Positions 8,947-20,134 of a DNA stretch of 64,000 bases are shown here, piece by piece. Each line of letters starts with the position of its first letter. Within the stretch, counting starts at the first letter, position 1. The position numbers were made by a program, and so were the translations under genes. The stretch covers positions 2,560,001 through 2,624,000 of the forward strand of contig CBDDDZ010000005.1 in assembly GCA_965226795.1 (NCBI GenBank), given 5' to 3'. The DNA is from Candidatus Latescibacterota bacterium. GTDB taxonomy: Bacteria; Latescibacterota; UBA2968; GCA-2709665. The notes beneath the pieces were generated by a model, which saw only the letters and a program-made list of their open reading frames with translations, had not been told where the DNA came from and made no database searches.

Positions 8947-11916
8947 CTACCATCTGGCTTCGTAGGTCCGCACGACGCGAAATTTCGAACCCACTACAAA
9001 ATCGTAGAGAAATCCCTTCGAATAGTCCATGTCGTCGACCATACCCCTTACGAAATCCACGTTCCCCAGGTCGATCAGCGTTCGGCCCCCGTCCCGGCGA
9101 ACCTCGTGAATCCGGTAAGTCGCATCTCGTTCGTTATCGTTGTCTATGGAAATGAACCCGCCTCTCAACGGATCCGCAGGCGGCTCCGCGGAAGTCCAGA
9201 TCCGGCCCGGCTCGCACGCTTCCACCTGACCGCGCCATATGCCTGACGCCTCCCGAATGGATCGTTCGCTCGTGCCAAGCACCGTACCCCCCACCAGCAC
9301 GGCCCAACGGGCTGTGCCGTTCACCTCCGAATAGACACCCAGATGCCCGTCGAACACAATTCGTCCGTCCACCTGTACGCAGGAAACACCGTCGCCGAAA
9401 ATCAACGTATCGACCCGGTCGCCGGGTAGTTGAACACTCAGTGACCTGGCGGGCCCGGACACATCGAGCGCTTCTGCTGAACGGACAACGCGGCAGCCGT
9501 CATAGGCTTCGATCAGACTCAGGAAGGTCGAATCAACCCCGTCGTCCCCCTCGTGCGACGCGACCCCGTAGGTCAATCGCCTCGGGTTTCCCGGTTTATT
9601 CTGTGGTGGATCCCCGTGGCAAATCGCCACTTCGCCGGGCGGATCGAACAGACTCCACCGCAAGTGTACATCGGTCTCCAACGGCACTCCTGCAGCGCGA
9701 GACCGTGCACGGACCTTCCAGGTATCTTTCACTGTCCAGTCCACCGAAACAACGCTCTCCGGCGCCGGGCAACGCCGAACATTGTAGAGATACTGGAAGC
9801 CGCTTCCCCTGTATCCGTTTAAATCCACGACTGAACCATCGTAAAACTCGCCGAAACCGACATCCGCACCCGCGTAGGTCCCGCGAGCCTGCGGCTGCAA
9901 AACCATCCCGTCGGTTTCCACTTCACCCTCTGCCGCGTGGAACATGAAATGGTGCGAACGCCCACCGGACACGCGGAAGAGATCGGCGACATAGAAATCC
10001 CGTTCCGATATCCGTACCAGAACGCTTTGCCGACCGTAGGCCGAACACTGCGGATATACATCCGTGGACGAAACGGAGACGACCTGAACATTGTCTGCAA
10101 TTCCGACAAAATCGACCTTTCCGGAATAGGTGCCCTTCTGCGGGCTTCGATCCACCAATACCGTGTTGTGCGAAACCGTATGATTCGTCCAGCCCGACCG
10201 CTTGGGCCACACACGAGCGTGCTCGGGATAACCAAGGTCCGGCAACATGTCGAGACCGAAGGCGTAAAGACCCAGATTGAGGCGATCCGCGTGCCCGTGA
10301 CCCATGTTGCGCCCGTAATAAAGCCACAGTGTCCGTTCGAGTTCCCCCTCACCGTCACGCAACATGGCCAGACCGTATCCCGTCATCACATCCGATGATA
10401 ACCGAAGCGGCCCGTGCCTGCCGACCGTTTCCACGATCCGGACTCGTATCGCCTCCGGATCCGGATCCGTAATTGCTCCGTGCACCCCTGACAGATCTCC
10501 GTCCTCGAGTTGGTATATCGCTTGCGACAGTTCGGTGTCGCCGAACATCTCAAACCCGTATAGACACTGCTCAATATCCGCGCCGGCCAATCCGGGACTG
10601 CCTGTACTGCCGCTGTCGCCAATGGAGGGGACATAGCGATTCAGCGCCGTCACCCGCGTAAACGCCAGGTACATCTGGCGGTATCGGTCGAAGTCGCTAA
10701 TCCTGTGGCGCGTATATGACGGCCGTGACCGAAGAATCATCTCCAGCGACCGCATCCCCAGGGGCCACCTCAGCCACCCCAGGCTGTATCCCGGCGCGCC
10801 CTCCGATCCCACGCCATCCCGATCGATCTCACTGGCGAAAAGCAGCGGAATGTGCCCACCTGTGGGCTGCCGGCCCCTCAGGAATCCCTCTTGAAAGATC
10901 CAATCCAACCGGTCATCGGTCCGATTGTCGTCCAGGGCGACGGCCAACAAGGCCATGGTAGCCTGATCGCCTGGCTCGTTATGGTGGATGTCACCCTGCA
11001 GGATGGCCTCGATCCCTTCACGCAGGACATGGGTTTCAAAGTGAGCACACAACGCATCCGTGGTGCAGTGCTCTACCAGACCGTGCCGCAACTGTTTCGC
11101 TCGTAGAAATCGAAACAGCGGATCTTCGTCCTTCCAGGCCGTACGCACCAGGTCGAAACATTCGGCAAACGCCTTCAGGAGGCCGGGCTCCCAGATTCGC
11201 CCGTAAATCCGACCCCGGCCGCTGAGTCCGTCGGAATTAAAAAACCCCTGTCTAGCCCAGAATGACCAGTCCATATCGGGGTATACGTCAGCGATCCGGG
11301 CGAGCAGCACCCCTGCCTTGTGGGCGTAGATACCGTCACCGGTGAGCAGAAAAGCCTCGCGGAGTGTCTGGCATGCGGAACTGATCTCCGACCAGATTCC
11401 ATAGTGCGCATAAACCCCTACCAGTTTGAACGACTCTCCATCTTCGTCCGTCCACCCCGTCCCATCGTCCACCGCAAACATGTGCTTCGCATCCTTCGGA
11501 TCCGGATGGCGGGAATTGAAGAGCAACCTTCTATCCGCGCGTTCTGGGTGGAATAGCCCGTCTTCCGCGATCCCGCTCCGGTAATATGCCTCGAAATCGT
11601 TGGTAGGGAAACGGCCGTCACACGAAGGACATCTGATTTTCCACGGATCCGCCAGCACATCGACATCGAAGCCTCCGCCATACCGATAGATCTCCTGACC
11701 GCATTTCGGGCACCCCTTTTCAACGCTCGCATTCGTGCTCCGCCCGATCGCCTGGCCCGTCACCATCGCCCATAGCCTGTCGTCGTCGAGTTGCACCCAT
11801 CTTGTCGCCTTCGCCACCGCGGCATCCCGCAGGGCGGCCGCCCAGTCGAACCGCGTCACGTTTCGCCGGGCGTTTCCGACCTGCTCCGGCGTCATCAGTT
11901 TCCCGCCTCGCCTCAT
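8947..11916 (-). CDS. Heparinase II/III family protein (polysaccharide-lyase-like)
   Basis: GHGHADRLN, PDLGYP and HNTVLVD motifs; CPKC..CPSC insert. Start trimmed to ATG 11916 (11895 is an alternative). Confidence 0.8.
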   Translation of the reverse strand: MRRGGKLMTPEQVGNARRNVTRFDWAAALRDAAVAKATRWVQLDDDRLWAMVTGQAIGRSTNASVEKGCPKCGQEIYRYGGGFDVDVLADPWKIRCPSCDGRFPTNDFEAYYRSGIAEDGLFHPERADRRLLFNSRHPDPKDAKHMFAVDDGTGWTDEDGESFKLVGVYAHYGIWSEISSACQTLREAFLLTGDGIYAHKAGVLLARIADVYPDMDWSFWARQGFFNSDGLSGRGRIYGRIWEPGLLKAFAECFDLVRTAWKDEDPLFRFLRAKQLRHGLVEHCTTDALCAHFETHVLREGIEAILQGDIHHNEPGDQATMALLAVALDDNRTDDRLDWIFQEGFLRGRQPTGGHIPLLFASEIDRDGVGSEGAPGYSLGWLRWPLGMRSLEMILRSRPSYTRHRISDFDRYRQMYLAFTRVTALNRYVPSIGDSGSTGSPGLAGADIEQCLYGFEMFGDTELSQAIYQLEDGDLSGVHGAITDPDPEAIRVRIVETVGRHGPLRLSSDVMTGYGLAMLRDGEGELERTLWLYYGRNMGHGHADRLNLGLYAFGLDMLPDLGYPEHARVWPKRSGWTNHTVSHNTVLVDRSPQKGTYSGKVDFVGIADNVQVVSVSSTDVYPQCSAYGRQSVLVRISERDFYVADLFRVSGGRSHHFMFHAAEGEVETDGMVLQPQARGTYAGADVGFGEFYDGSVVDLNGYRGSGFQYLYNVRRCPAPESVVSVDWTVKDTWKVRARSRAAGVPLETDVHLRWSLFDPPGEVAICHGDPPQNKPGNPRRLTYGVASHEGDDGVDSTFLSLIEAYDGCRVVRSAEALDVSGPARSLSVQLPGDRVDTLIFGDGVSCVQVDGRIVFDGHLGVYSEVNGTARWAVLVGGTVLGTSERSIREASGIWRGQVEACEPGRIWTSAEPPADPLRGGFISIDNDNERDATYRIHEVRRDGGRTLIDLGNVDFVRGMVDDMDYSKGFLYDFVVGSKFRVVRTYEARW

Positions 11917-12106
11917 GCAAACCTCGTAGTTAGGATCAGATCCATGCGCAGGAGAATGCGACAAGATACGCGCGCCCCGCGCGATGATCAACGGTTTTGT
12001 TGCCGGACGCATCTCCGCCTGTGGGCCTGCCGATAAGGGTTGACTTGAGGTTCCCACCCGGCTATCATGTCGCCCATCAGAAGCCCGCGCCAGGGAGGAG
12101 CATCCC

Positions 12107-13510
12107 ATGTCCCACAACAGTAACTTCTCGTTCCGAACCCATGGCGGCGTCTGCGCCGGCGAGACATGGATTTACGATCACGAAGAGCCCATCGCGCGTC
12201 TTGAAGACAAAGTGATCGAACAGCCTGAACAGAACCTGCGTTATTTCAATGGCAACGCCAAACCGGTCAACCTGCGAGACCTGAAACTGGCCCCCGGGGG
12301 CCGCCCGCTCGTGTGCGGCGTACAGATGTTCTGGGTGTTCCAGCACCGTGTCCTCGCCACCACGAATCTCATCGACATCCAGGTGGAGGGTCAGGAAACC
12401 GACCGCCTCGTTCTCACGGTGATCACCGCGGACCCGGGCGGCGTGGCCACCTCGCGCCGTGTGCTAACGCTAACCTACGACGCCGAATCGGCGTCGTATA
12501 TCTACGACTTTAAAGCCCACCTGGATATCCAAAGTCCGGAAGCACTGGACCGGGAAGAAACGGTCCACTTCGAGTATTGCGACCCCTGGTACAACGACAT
12601 CCCCGGTCCCACCGTCGAATTCCCGGGAATGTGGAAAAAACGATACTCGCATCTCCTGGCCGAAACCGGAGACGGCGCCATCTGGCAGATGCCGCTGAAT
12701 CACATGGCAACAGGCATACCCGGTCCAGGGCCGCTAAAGCGTGACGGCGCCCTCGTTCTGGCCTATGATCCCGGAAACAACCCCGCTTTTGAATTCATGG
12801 GCGAGACCGCCGAACGTACATCAGTGGGCGTCTGCAACTGGGGATACGACGTCCATTTCGCCGGTCGGTACACCCGCGACGAACTCTACGAGCCGTTGTG
12901 CCCTCACTTCCGCATCCGCCTCTGTCCGGACGACAAGGCGAAGCGAATGCTGGCATGCGCTGAACCGATTCCCACAGTGTCGTACAACGGCTTTGAAGCA
13001 CTCCCGCTCTACGAACGCAAGACCAGTTTCGCCCGAGGTCTGCGGCTCAACGATCCCACGCCGAGCAACACCGATCCCTGGCCCTGGCTGCCCGAGGGAG
13101 AGGGCGCGGAATGGTGCAAGGATCACGGACGATCCGACAAATTCTCACTTAAAATCAACAAACTGACAGACGGGCCCACCGAGTGGATGATGGACCGCGA
13201 AAGCGATGGCGCCTGGACCGAACGATGGACCCTTTCAACCGGCTTTAGTATTACCGTGCACATCAAGACCGAAAACGTCCAGGGGCGTGGCGCGTTTCTG
13301 GCCGTGCGCCGGGGCGTCTTCAACGAACCTGAGAAATATCCCTATATATGCTCGCGAAAACTCACCGGTACCAACGACTGGACACAGGTTAGTGTAGAGA
13401 TCCACGGTCCGTCGCCGCCGGACAGCGGGGCCGTCTACCTCATCCTGCGGCAGGATGGCAGTGGCACAAGTTGGTTCGACGACCTCGAAGTCAATCATAC
13501 CGCCACTTGA
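12107..13510 (+). CDS. Hypothetical protein with a C-terminal CBM4/9-like (galactose-binding fold) domain
   Basis: GGAGG RBS; C-terminal GTNDWTQVSV...GSGTSWFDDLEV pattern. Confidence 0.65.
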   Translation: MSHNSNFSFRTHGGVCAGETWIYDHEEPIARLEDKVIEQPEQNLRYFNGNAKPVNLRDLKLAPGGRPLVCGVQMFWVFQHRVLATTNLIDIQVEGQETDRLVLTVITADPGGVATSRRVLTLTYDAESASYIYDFKAHLDIQSPEALDREETVHFEYCDPWYNDIPGPTVEFPGMWKKRYSHLLAETGDGAIWQMPLNHMATGIPGPGPLKRDGALVLAYDPGNNPAFEFMGETAERTSVGVCNWGYDVHFAGRYTRDELYEPLCPHFRIRLCPDDKAKRMLACAEPIPTVSYNGFEALPLYERKTSFARGLRLNDPTPSNTDPWPWLPEGEGAEWCKDHGRSDKFSLKINKLTDGPTEWMMDRESDGAWTERWTLSTGFSITVHIKTENVQGRGAFLAVRRGVFNEPEKYPYICSRKLTGTNDWTQVSVEIHGPSPPDSGAVYLILRQDGSGTSWFDDLEVNHTAT

Positions 13511-13696
13511 ATATTTCCTTTTCCAGTACGGATGATTTCATTGGCGTTCCACACGGGGTCGACAAGCGTCACAAGAAGGATACGCGCACCAACAGCTCAA
13601 TCGCCGACCGGTGACGCCGGACGCGCTCAGACCCGCCGGTTTTCGCAGACGACAGCAGCCGCCAGGAACCCTGGAGTCCTCCAACAGGAACCCGAC

Positions 13697-14614
13697 ATGA
13701 GTCGACCTCTCGCGCCATCGCCGGTGGGCTTTATCGGCCTGGGCGAAATGGGAAGCGGTATGGCCCGTAATGTGCTGAACGCGGGGTTTCCACTCCTCGT
13801 CTACGACACGAGAACGAAGGCATTGGATCGGGTCGCCCGGTCCGGCGCACAGCCTGCGGCGGACATACCCCGGATGGCCGGTATATGTGAACGGATAATC
13901 CTGATGCTTCCCGATACCGGGGCCGTGGAAACCGTGCTCTTCGGAGAAAAAGGCCTTCAACCTCTGCTGAAGGCCGGGCACATTGTCGTCGATTGCGGCA
14001 CGACGCACCCCGATTTTACGCGCGAGGCTTCACGAATTCTGGGTGATCTCGGCGTTCATTTTCTGGATGCGCCCTGTTCCGGGATGAGTAGCCGCGCGGC
14101 CGAAGGAACCCTTACCCTGATGGTAGGCGGCGACAGAGATGCCTTTTGCGCCGTCCAACCGCTCCTGAATGCCATGGGTTCGTACGTTTTTTACATGGGC
14201 GGATCCGGCAACGGCCAGATTGCCAAGATCGTTAACAACACCCTCTTCAACATCTCCTGCGCCGCGCTGGCCGAGATGCTTCCACTCGCGGTCAAACTCG
14301 GCCTGAGCGCTGATAAGATATGCGACGTTGTGAACACCGGCAGCGGCCAGAGCTACGGTTTCGACACCTTCGCGCCTCTGATCCTCGAACGGGATTTCGA
14401 ACCCGGTTATCCCATGGCAAACGCCCGCAAAGATATCGACGCCATCGTCGAGATACTCGAAAGAGAGGGCGTGAGACTGCCTGTGGTCTCCGCCGCCGCC
14501 AATACGTTTCGCGCAGCACTGGACAGGGGTCTGGGAAACCTGAACAAAGGCGGAATGATCCACGTCTGGGAAGAGGCTCTGGGCGTTGAAGTCCGAAAGG
14601 ACCCCCGGAACTGA
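13697..14614 (+). CDS. NAD(P)-dependent oxidoreductase, 3-hydroxyisobutyrate/tartronate semialdehyde dehydrogenase family
   Basis: VGFIGLGEMG, FLDAPCSG, LTLMVGG and KIVNN motifs; start trimmed to MSRPL. Confidence 0.9.
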   Translation: MSRPLAPSPVGFIGLGEMGSGMARNVLNAGFPLLVYDTRTKALDRVARSGAQPAADIPRMAGICERIILMLPDTGAVETVLFGEKGLQPLLKAGHIVVDCGTTHPDFTREASRILGDLGVHFLDAPCSGMSSRAAEGTLTLMVGGDRDAFCAVQPLLNAMGSYVFYMGGSGNGQIAKIVNNTLFNISCAALAEMLPLAVKLGLSADKICDVVNTGSGQSYGFDTFAPLILERDFEPGYPMANARKDIDAIVEILEREGVRLPVVSAAANTFRAALDRGLGNLNKGGMIHVWEEALGVEVRKDPRN

Positions 14615-14743
14615 TCCGCTTTGGGTCATAACCATCGAATGACCGCGGCCCGACGATACCTTCGCGGTCGGCACGCGTGGCAATTGCAGACATCCCCCAT
14701 GCACGCCGTCGACTTTGACCGATCCCGCGGTAAGGTCCATACA

Positions 14744-16012
14744 ATGAAAACCAAAACCGACATCCTCATTATCGGCGGCGGCTCAATCGGCGTTTGTTCC
14801 GCGCACTATCTCTCAGAAGCGGGAAAGGACGTTGTCCTCGTCGACAAAACCGATATCTGCGCGGGCAGTTCCTACGGCAACGCGGGCCTGATTGTCCCCA
14901 GCCACAGCATTCCCCTCGCCGCCCCCGGCGTTATCGGCAAAGCGCTCAAGTGGATGTTCGATCCTGAAAGCCCATTCTACATCAAGCCCCGTCTGGACCT
15001 GGAACTCGCCAAATGGCTGTGGAATTTTCAAGCGGCCTGTACCCCGGCGCGCATGCAACCATCCCTGGTGGTCCTGAGGGACCTCAACCTGGCGAGCGTG
15101 CAGCTTTTCACGGAAATCGCCGCCATCGATGGCCTGGATTTCGGCTTCCGGAAAAAGGGCAGCCTGATGGTCTATAAGACCGAACAGGGGCTTGACGGAG
15201 GCATCAAAGAAGCCGGCATTCTGTCCGCAAAGGGAATCCAGACGGAAATACTCGACCAGGACGGCCTGCGAAGACTGGATCCGATGGCCAACTACCACGC
15301 CGAGGGCGCCGTGTACTATCCACAGGACGCCCACCTGGTTCCCGCAAAATTCGTAAGGGAACTTGCGCGTCACGTTATTGAAAACAGTGCAAACGTCAGG
15401 ATTCACCCATCCACCGAAGTCATCGGCTTCAAGGGCCGGAACCGCCGGATCCAGACGGTCGTCACCACGCGGGGCGAATTCAGTGCGAATGAAGTCGTGC
15501 TCGCCGGCGGCGCCTGGTCGCCCGCCATCGCCTCGGAACTCGGCCTGAAACTGCCCATCCAGCCGGCCAAGGGCTACAGCGTCACCTTCGAACGACCGGA
15601 CCGGTGCCCTGAGGTTCCCGCCTCGCTCGCAGAATCCAAAGTGGCCGTTACACCCATGGGCGACATGCTTCGCTTCGGCGGCACCCTGGAACTGGCCGGG
15701 ATGGACCTTTCAATCAACAAACGGCGCGTGGCAGCCATTCTCAATGCCGTTCCTCGTTACCTGCCCGACCTGAACCCGAACAACCTGAAACATATCGAAA
15801 CCTGGCGCGGCCTTCGGCCCTGTACCCCGGATGGTCTGCCGTTTCTGGGCCGAAGCCGAACCTACAAGAACCTTACCGTTGCCGCCGGACATGCGATGAT
15901 CGGGGTCTCGCTGGGACCCATCACGGGCAAACTGGTCTCGCAGGTGGTCACCGCCCACACTCCCGCGATTGACCTTGGCCCCCTGCGCGTGGACAGATTC
16001 GAAAATAAATAA
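14744..16012 (+). CDS. FAD-dependent D-amino acid dehydrogenase (DadA-like)
   Basis: IIGGGSIG, SYGNAG, AKGYS, WRGLRPCTPDGLP and GHAMIG motifs. Confidence 0.88.
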   Translation: MKTKTDILIIGGGSIGVCSAHYLSEAGKDVVLVDKTDICAGSSYGNAGLIVPSHSIPLAAPGVIGKALKWMFDPESPFYIKPRLDLELAKWLWNFQAACTPARMQPSLVVLRDLNLASVQLFTEIAAIDGLDFGFRKKGSLMVYKTEQGLDGGIKEAGILSAKGIQTEILDQDGLRRLDPMANYHAEGAVYYPQDAHLVPAKFVRELARHVIENSANVRIHPSTEVIGFKGRNRRIQTVVTTRGEFSANEVVLAGGAWSPAIASELGLKLPIQPAKGYSVTFERPDRCPEVPASLAESKVAVTPMGDMLRFGGTLELAGMDLSINKRRVAAILNAVPRYLPDLNPNNLKHIETWRGLRPCTPDGLPFLGRSRTYKNLTVAAGHAMIGVSLGPITGKLVSQVVTAHTPAIDLGPLRVDRFENK

Positions 16013-16231
16013 GAAGCCGACACGGACAACGGTTCAGAGTACACGGATGCGAGCCGCCCTGACTTTCGGCGTGTTCCATTGTACCTGGATGACCGGGAAC
16101 GAAGTTACTGCCGGGTAATCTGATTGGACGTATATCGACGCCGACGTTTCCCAGGCAAACCCGACCGCGAACGATCCCAACGCAACGGCCGAAACGCTCA
16201 TCCGAACCAATCATCAAACGAAAGGTCGCGT

Positions 16232-17710
16232 ATGCCCGAATTCATTCGGTCCGACAAGCCCAATGTGCTGCTGATCTGCACGGACCACTGGAGCGGAATG
16301 CTGACCGGCGAGGCGGGGCACCCCGTTGTCACGACGCCGACGATCGATCACCTCGCCCGGTGTGGCGTCACCTACACCAATGCCTATTCCGCGTGCCCCT
16401 CCTGCATACCCGCCCGACGCTCGCTGATGACCGGCATGAGCCCGAGGGCGAACGGAATGCGCTCCTATGCCGAAGGCGTGGACTTTCCCGACGCACCCAC
16501 CGTCGCACAGTGCTTTCGCGATGCAGGTTATCAGGCCTACGCCGTGGGGAAACTGCACGTCTATCCTCAGCGCCACCGGGTCGGCTTCGATGACGTCCTT
16601 TTGGAGGAGCAAGGCCGCCACATTCATCATGATATTCCCGACGGGATTGCCGATGACTACGAACTCTTCCTGGCAGAACAGGGTTACGGAGGGCAGGAAT
16701 ACGCGGGCGGCATGACCCAGAACGATTACATCGCACGTGCCTGGCACCTGCCCGAGTACTGCCACCCGATCAATTGGGCGGCAAGAGAGATGTGCAAATA
16801 CATTCGCCGGAGGGATCCGCGAAAACCCGGCTTCTGGTACCTCTCCTTTTCCGCGCCGCATCCGCCCACGACGCCGCTTCAGGCCTACATGGAAATCTAC
16901 CGGGATGCGCCCCTCGACGAGCCGGCCACGGGTAACTGGTCGGAACACTTCGATGACCTGCCTTACCATATCAAAACACTCACCAACCCTGACAACCTCG
17001 CGATGGCACGCGCCAAACAACACGAATGGGAATTTTCCCGGCGCGCCTACTACGCTACGCTCACCCATATCGACCACCAGATCCGGATCGTAGTCGGATA
17101 CCTGCGGGAATCCGGGTTACTGGACGACACCATCGTCGTCTTCACGAGCGACCACGGTCACATGGTCGGCGAACACGGCCTGTGGTGTATGACGCCGTTC
17201 TACGAAATGTCGGCCAAAATTCCACTGGTCATTATGCCTGTGAAGGACGACTCTCGTCTTCCCGGCGGAACGCGGGACGACCGTCTGGCAGAGTTTGGGG
17301 ACATCATGCCCACCTTGCTGGACCTGGCGGGCATCCCTAAACCGGATCACGTCGACCGGCAGAGCCTCGCCGGCGACCGGCGCCGCGACGAACTCTACGG
17401 CGAACACGGCGAAGGATCCGCGGCGATGCGAATGGTACACGACGGGCGATTCAAACTCATCTATTATCCCGTGGGCAACCAGGCCCAGCTTTTCGACATC
17501 GCCAACGACCCGCGGGAAACGCGAGACCTCGCAGGCGACACCGGCCACGCAGACACACTGAACAGACTCAAAGAACGCCTCGTAAAAAACCTCTACGGCG
17601 AAGATCTCAACTGGCTGAAAAACGGCGAACTCGTCGGCCTGCCCGCCAGGCAATACGTACCCGCTCCCTCGCGCGCGATGCGCGGCCAGCGCGGCCTTCG
17701 GTTTATGTAA
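16232..17710 (+). CDS. Sulfatase (formylglycine-dependent, Cys-type)
   Basis: KPNVLLI, CIPARRSLMTG (CxPxR), GKLH, PHPP and TSDHG motifs. Confidence 0.93.
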   Translation: MPEFIRSDKPNVLLICTDHWSGMLTGEAGHPVVTTPTIDHLARCGVTYTNAYSACPSCIPARRSLMTGMSPRANGMRSYAEGVDFPDAPTVAQCFRDAGYQAYAVGKLHVYPQRHRVGFDDVLLEEQGRHIHHDIPDGIADDYELFLAEQGYGGQEYAGGMTQNDYIARAWHLPEYCHPINWAAREMCKYIRRRDPRKPGFWYLSFSAPHPPTTPLQAYMEIYRDAPLDEPATGNWSEHFDDLPYHIKTLTNPDNLAMARAKQHEWEFSRRAYYATLTHIDHQIRIVVGYLRESGLLDDTIVVFTSDHGHMVGEHGLWCMTPFYEMSAKIPLVIMPVKDDSRLPGGTRDDRLAEFGDIMPTLLDLAGIPKPDHVDRQSLAGDRRRDELYGEHGEGSAAMRMVHDGRFKLIYYPVGNQAQLFDIANDPRETRDLAGDTGHADTLNRLKERLVKNLYGEDLNWLKNGELVGLPARQYVPAPSRAMRGQRGLRFM

Positions 17711-17764
17711 CCCGCGTCGCCGGAAGGCACACCCGTCGCGGTCAGTCACCGGAAGGAGCCATGC

Positions 17765-20125
17765 ATGCCCTCGTCCGCAACCCAATCGTCCGCCCGTGCG
17801 GTCACCGTGATGATTTACACCCGTTATGAATATCGCAAGGTGTACGCCCGGGTCCACCTGCTCGGCGAAGCCCATCTCGCACGTGGCGGCCGAGTTGAAC
17901 TGGTCCTGTACAGTACGCGCTCAGGGGAAACACGAGAACGCAGAGTCATCAGAAACATAGGGCATGACGAAGTCGCCTTCGACACCCGAAATATCCCGTC
18001 GGGATGCTGTGACTTCAAAGCCACGTTTGTCGACCGGTTCGGAACCCGGTTCGCCACCCGGACGCTTCAGGACAAATGGCCGGGCGACCTCCCATGGCTG
18101 GGGTCCCGTGCCGGAATCTCCCGCCAAGTGCCCGAACCATGGACGCCACTGGCCACGTCGGAATCCGGGGACGGCCTGGAAATCAGCTGTTGGGGCAGAA
18201 CATATGTTTTTTCAACGACCGCTTTCGCCTCGGGGGTGAGTTCCGCCGGCAGCCAGCTACTCGCCGGCCCCTTAAGGCCGGTCGCCCGAGTAAACGGCGA
18301 AAAAATCCGCTGGACCAGCGGCCATCTCGAACTGATCTCGGCAGAGAGAGACCAAGTGGTCTTCAATGTCCGTTTTGAATCCCCTGCTGGTCTCGCCGTG
18401 ACTGCCAGAACCGAGATCGACTTCGACGGAATGGCGCGAATAGACTGGTCCGTCACGGCCAGCACCATCCTGCGCCTCGACGCGCTTTCGGTTGAAATGC
18501 CCGTTCTCAAGAACCACGCCAAGTACCTGTACCACTTTCCGGGAAGCTGGGGCGAGGTCAGAAACGTCGGGGCGCTGTCGGAAAGCCATCTCAAGCTGGG
18601 GTTTCGCCCGTACATATGGCTTGGCGACGAGGATCGCGGCATTTCGTTGTTTACGGAATCGGACGCCGGCTTTCACATCCGAAATCCACGGAAAGTCACC
18701 GAAATCGACCGGCGGAAGAATCGTGTGCGGCTTCGCATCCACTGCGTCTCGACCCCAATCAAACTCGTTCCAGGCAGCAGCGAGGGCGGACAATTCACGG
18801 GCTTCGGAACCGAAGACGTCAAGCCGCTCACGCCCGGCGGCGTCGTTACAGATAGACTCCGATATACCTTCGGGCTGCAGGCCACCCCCGTCAAGCCCAT
18901 CGTAAACGACGCCTGGGATCAGCGTGTTTTCTGTATCGGCCAAACCACAACCGGCTTCAGCCCGCGCCTCAACGTCTCGGACGCTCTGTTGGACAGATGT
19001 GTAGAATCGGGCGTCGGCGCCGTCGTGCTTTTTGAACACTGGACGGATGCCGAAGCCTATACCCGGACGCCCCATGCCGCCGAAGTCCGAAAAATCGTCG
19101 AGGCCTGCAAGAGTCGCGGCCTCCAGATCCTGCTCTATTTCGGCTTCCTCATTTCGGACATCATCGACGAATGGCAGGCCCTGGGCAAAGACGCGCTCAT
19201 CCTGCCCAAGGGCGGGTATCCCGTCTTCCACTACCAGCCGCAGCCCGAACAGGCCGCCTGGCGAGTCTGCCTCAACAGCCCATGGCAGGACCTGCTCACC
19301 GACGGCATCGCAAGAGTGATGGATGAATTCGACATCGACGGCGTCTACCTGGACGGGACCGAATATCCGTTCGGCTGCTGCAACACCGAACACGGCTGCG
19401 GGCATGTCAGAGCTGACGGCAGTATCGCCCAGACCTATCCCATCTTCAGCGCGCGCTCCGCGATGCGGCGCATCTACGAAATCGTAAAATCCCACAAGAA
19501 AGACGGACATGTTAACGTTCACAACTCCACGTGCATGACCATGCCCTCCCTCGGCTGGGCGACAGGCTACTGGGACGGCGAGCAATTCCAGGGCGTCGGC
19601 AGCGGGGTGGACGTTGCCCGACTGTTACCCCTGGACGCCTTTCGCGCCGAATTCATGGGCCGCCAGTGGGGCGTACCCGCCGAATTCCTCCACGCAGGCG
19701 CCGCGTACACGTATGAACAGGCCTGGGCATTCACGCTGTTGCACGACGTGCCCGTCCGACCGCACAATGCGGACGAAGACCTGGACCTCGCTGCCGAAAT
19801 CTGGCGGGCAATGGACGCATTCGGCCGCCAAAACGCGGAATGGATTCCATATTGGCGGAACCACGACTACATACGCGTTTCTCCTAAAAACGCCCATGCC
19901 AGCATCTATCGCCACCCCGAAAACGGCGTACTTGCGGCTATTTCCAACATGGACAACAAACGCAAGACCGTCACGGTCAGGCTGAACATGAAGGAGTTAG
20001 GCCTCCAGGCTTCCGCGAATGCGAAGGATACCCTAAAAAACAAAACCGTCCCTATCAGGGACGGCGTTTTGGAATTTCCTCTTTCAAGCCTCGAGTGGAG
20101 ACTCATCCGGATCCGCAATGCGTGA
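17765..20125 (+). CDS. DUF6067-like putative glycoside hydrolase
   Basis: VPEPWTPL, WLGDEDRG, FGLQATPVKP, DGVYLDG, WDGEQ and FRAEFMG motifs. Confidence 0.65.
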   Translation: MPSSATQSSARAVTVMIYTRYEYRKVYARVHLLGEAHLARGGRVELVLYSTRSGETRERRVIRNIGHDEVAFDTRNIPSGCCDFKATFVDRFGTRFATRTLQDKWPGDLPWLGSRAGISRQVPEPWTPLATSESGDGLEISCWGRTYVFSTTAFASGVSSAGSQLLAGPLRPVARVNGEKIRWTSGHLELISAERDQVVFNVRFESPAGLAVTARTEIDFDGMARIDWSVTASTILRLDALSVEMPVLKNHAKYLYHFPGSWGEVRNVGALSESHLKLGFRPYIWLGDEDRGISLFTESDAGFHIRNPRKVTEIDRRKNRVRLRIHCVSTPIKLVPGSSEGGQFTGFGTEDVKPLTPGGVVTDRLRYTFGLQATPVKPIVNDAWDQRVFCIGQTTTGFSPRLNVSDALLDRCVESGVGAVVLFEHWTDAEAYTRTPHAAEVRKIVEACKSRGLQILLYFGFLISDIIDEWQALGKDALILPKGGYPVFHYQPQPEQAAWRVCLNSPWQDLLTDGIARVMDEFDIDGVYLDGTEYPFGCCNTEHGCGHVRADGSIAQTYPIFSARSAMRRIYEIVKSHKKDGHVNVHNSTCMTMPSLGWATGYWDGEQFQGVGSGVDVARLLPLDAFRAEFMGRQWGVPAEFLHAGAAYTYEQAWAFTLLHDVPVRPHNADEDLDLAAEIWRAMDAFGRQNAEWIPYWRNHDYIRVSPKNAHASIYRHPENGVLAAISNMDNKRKTVTVRLNMKELGLQASANAKDTLKNKTVPIRDGVLEFPLSSLEWRLIRIRNA

Positions 20126-20134
20126 ACTGTTTTC

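Noticed and set aside
11917..12117. Apparent head-to-head overlap of the 1056-aa and 467-aa ORFs
   Set aside because: The N-terminal extension looks like a longest-ORF artefact; RBS-supported starts at 11916/11895 leave a normal divergent gap.
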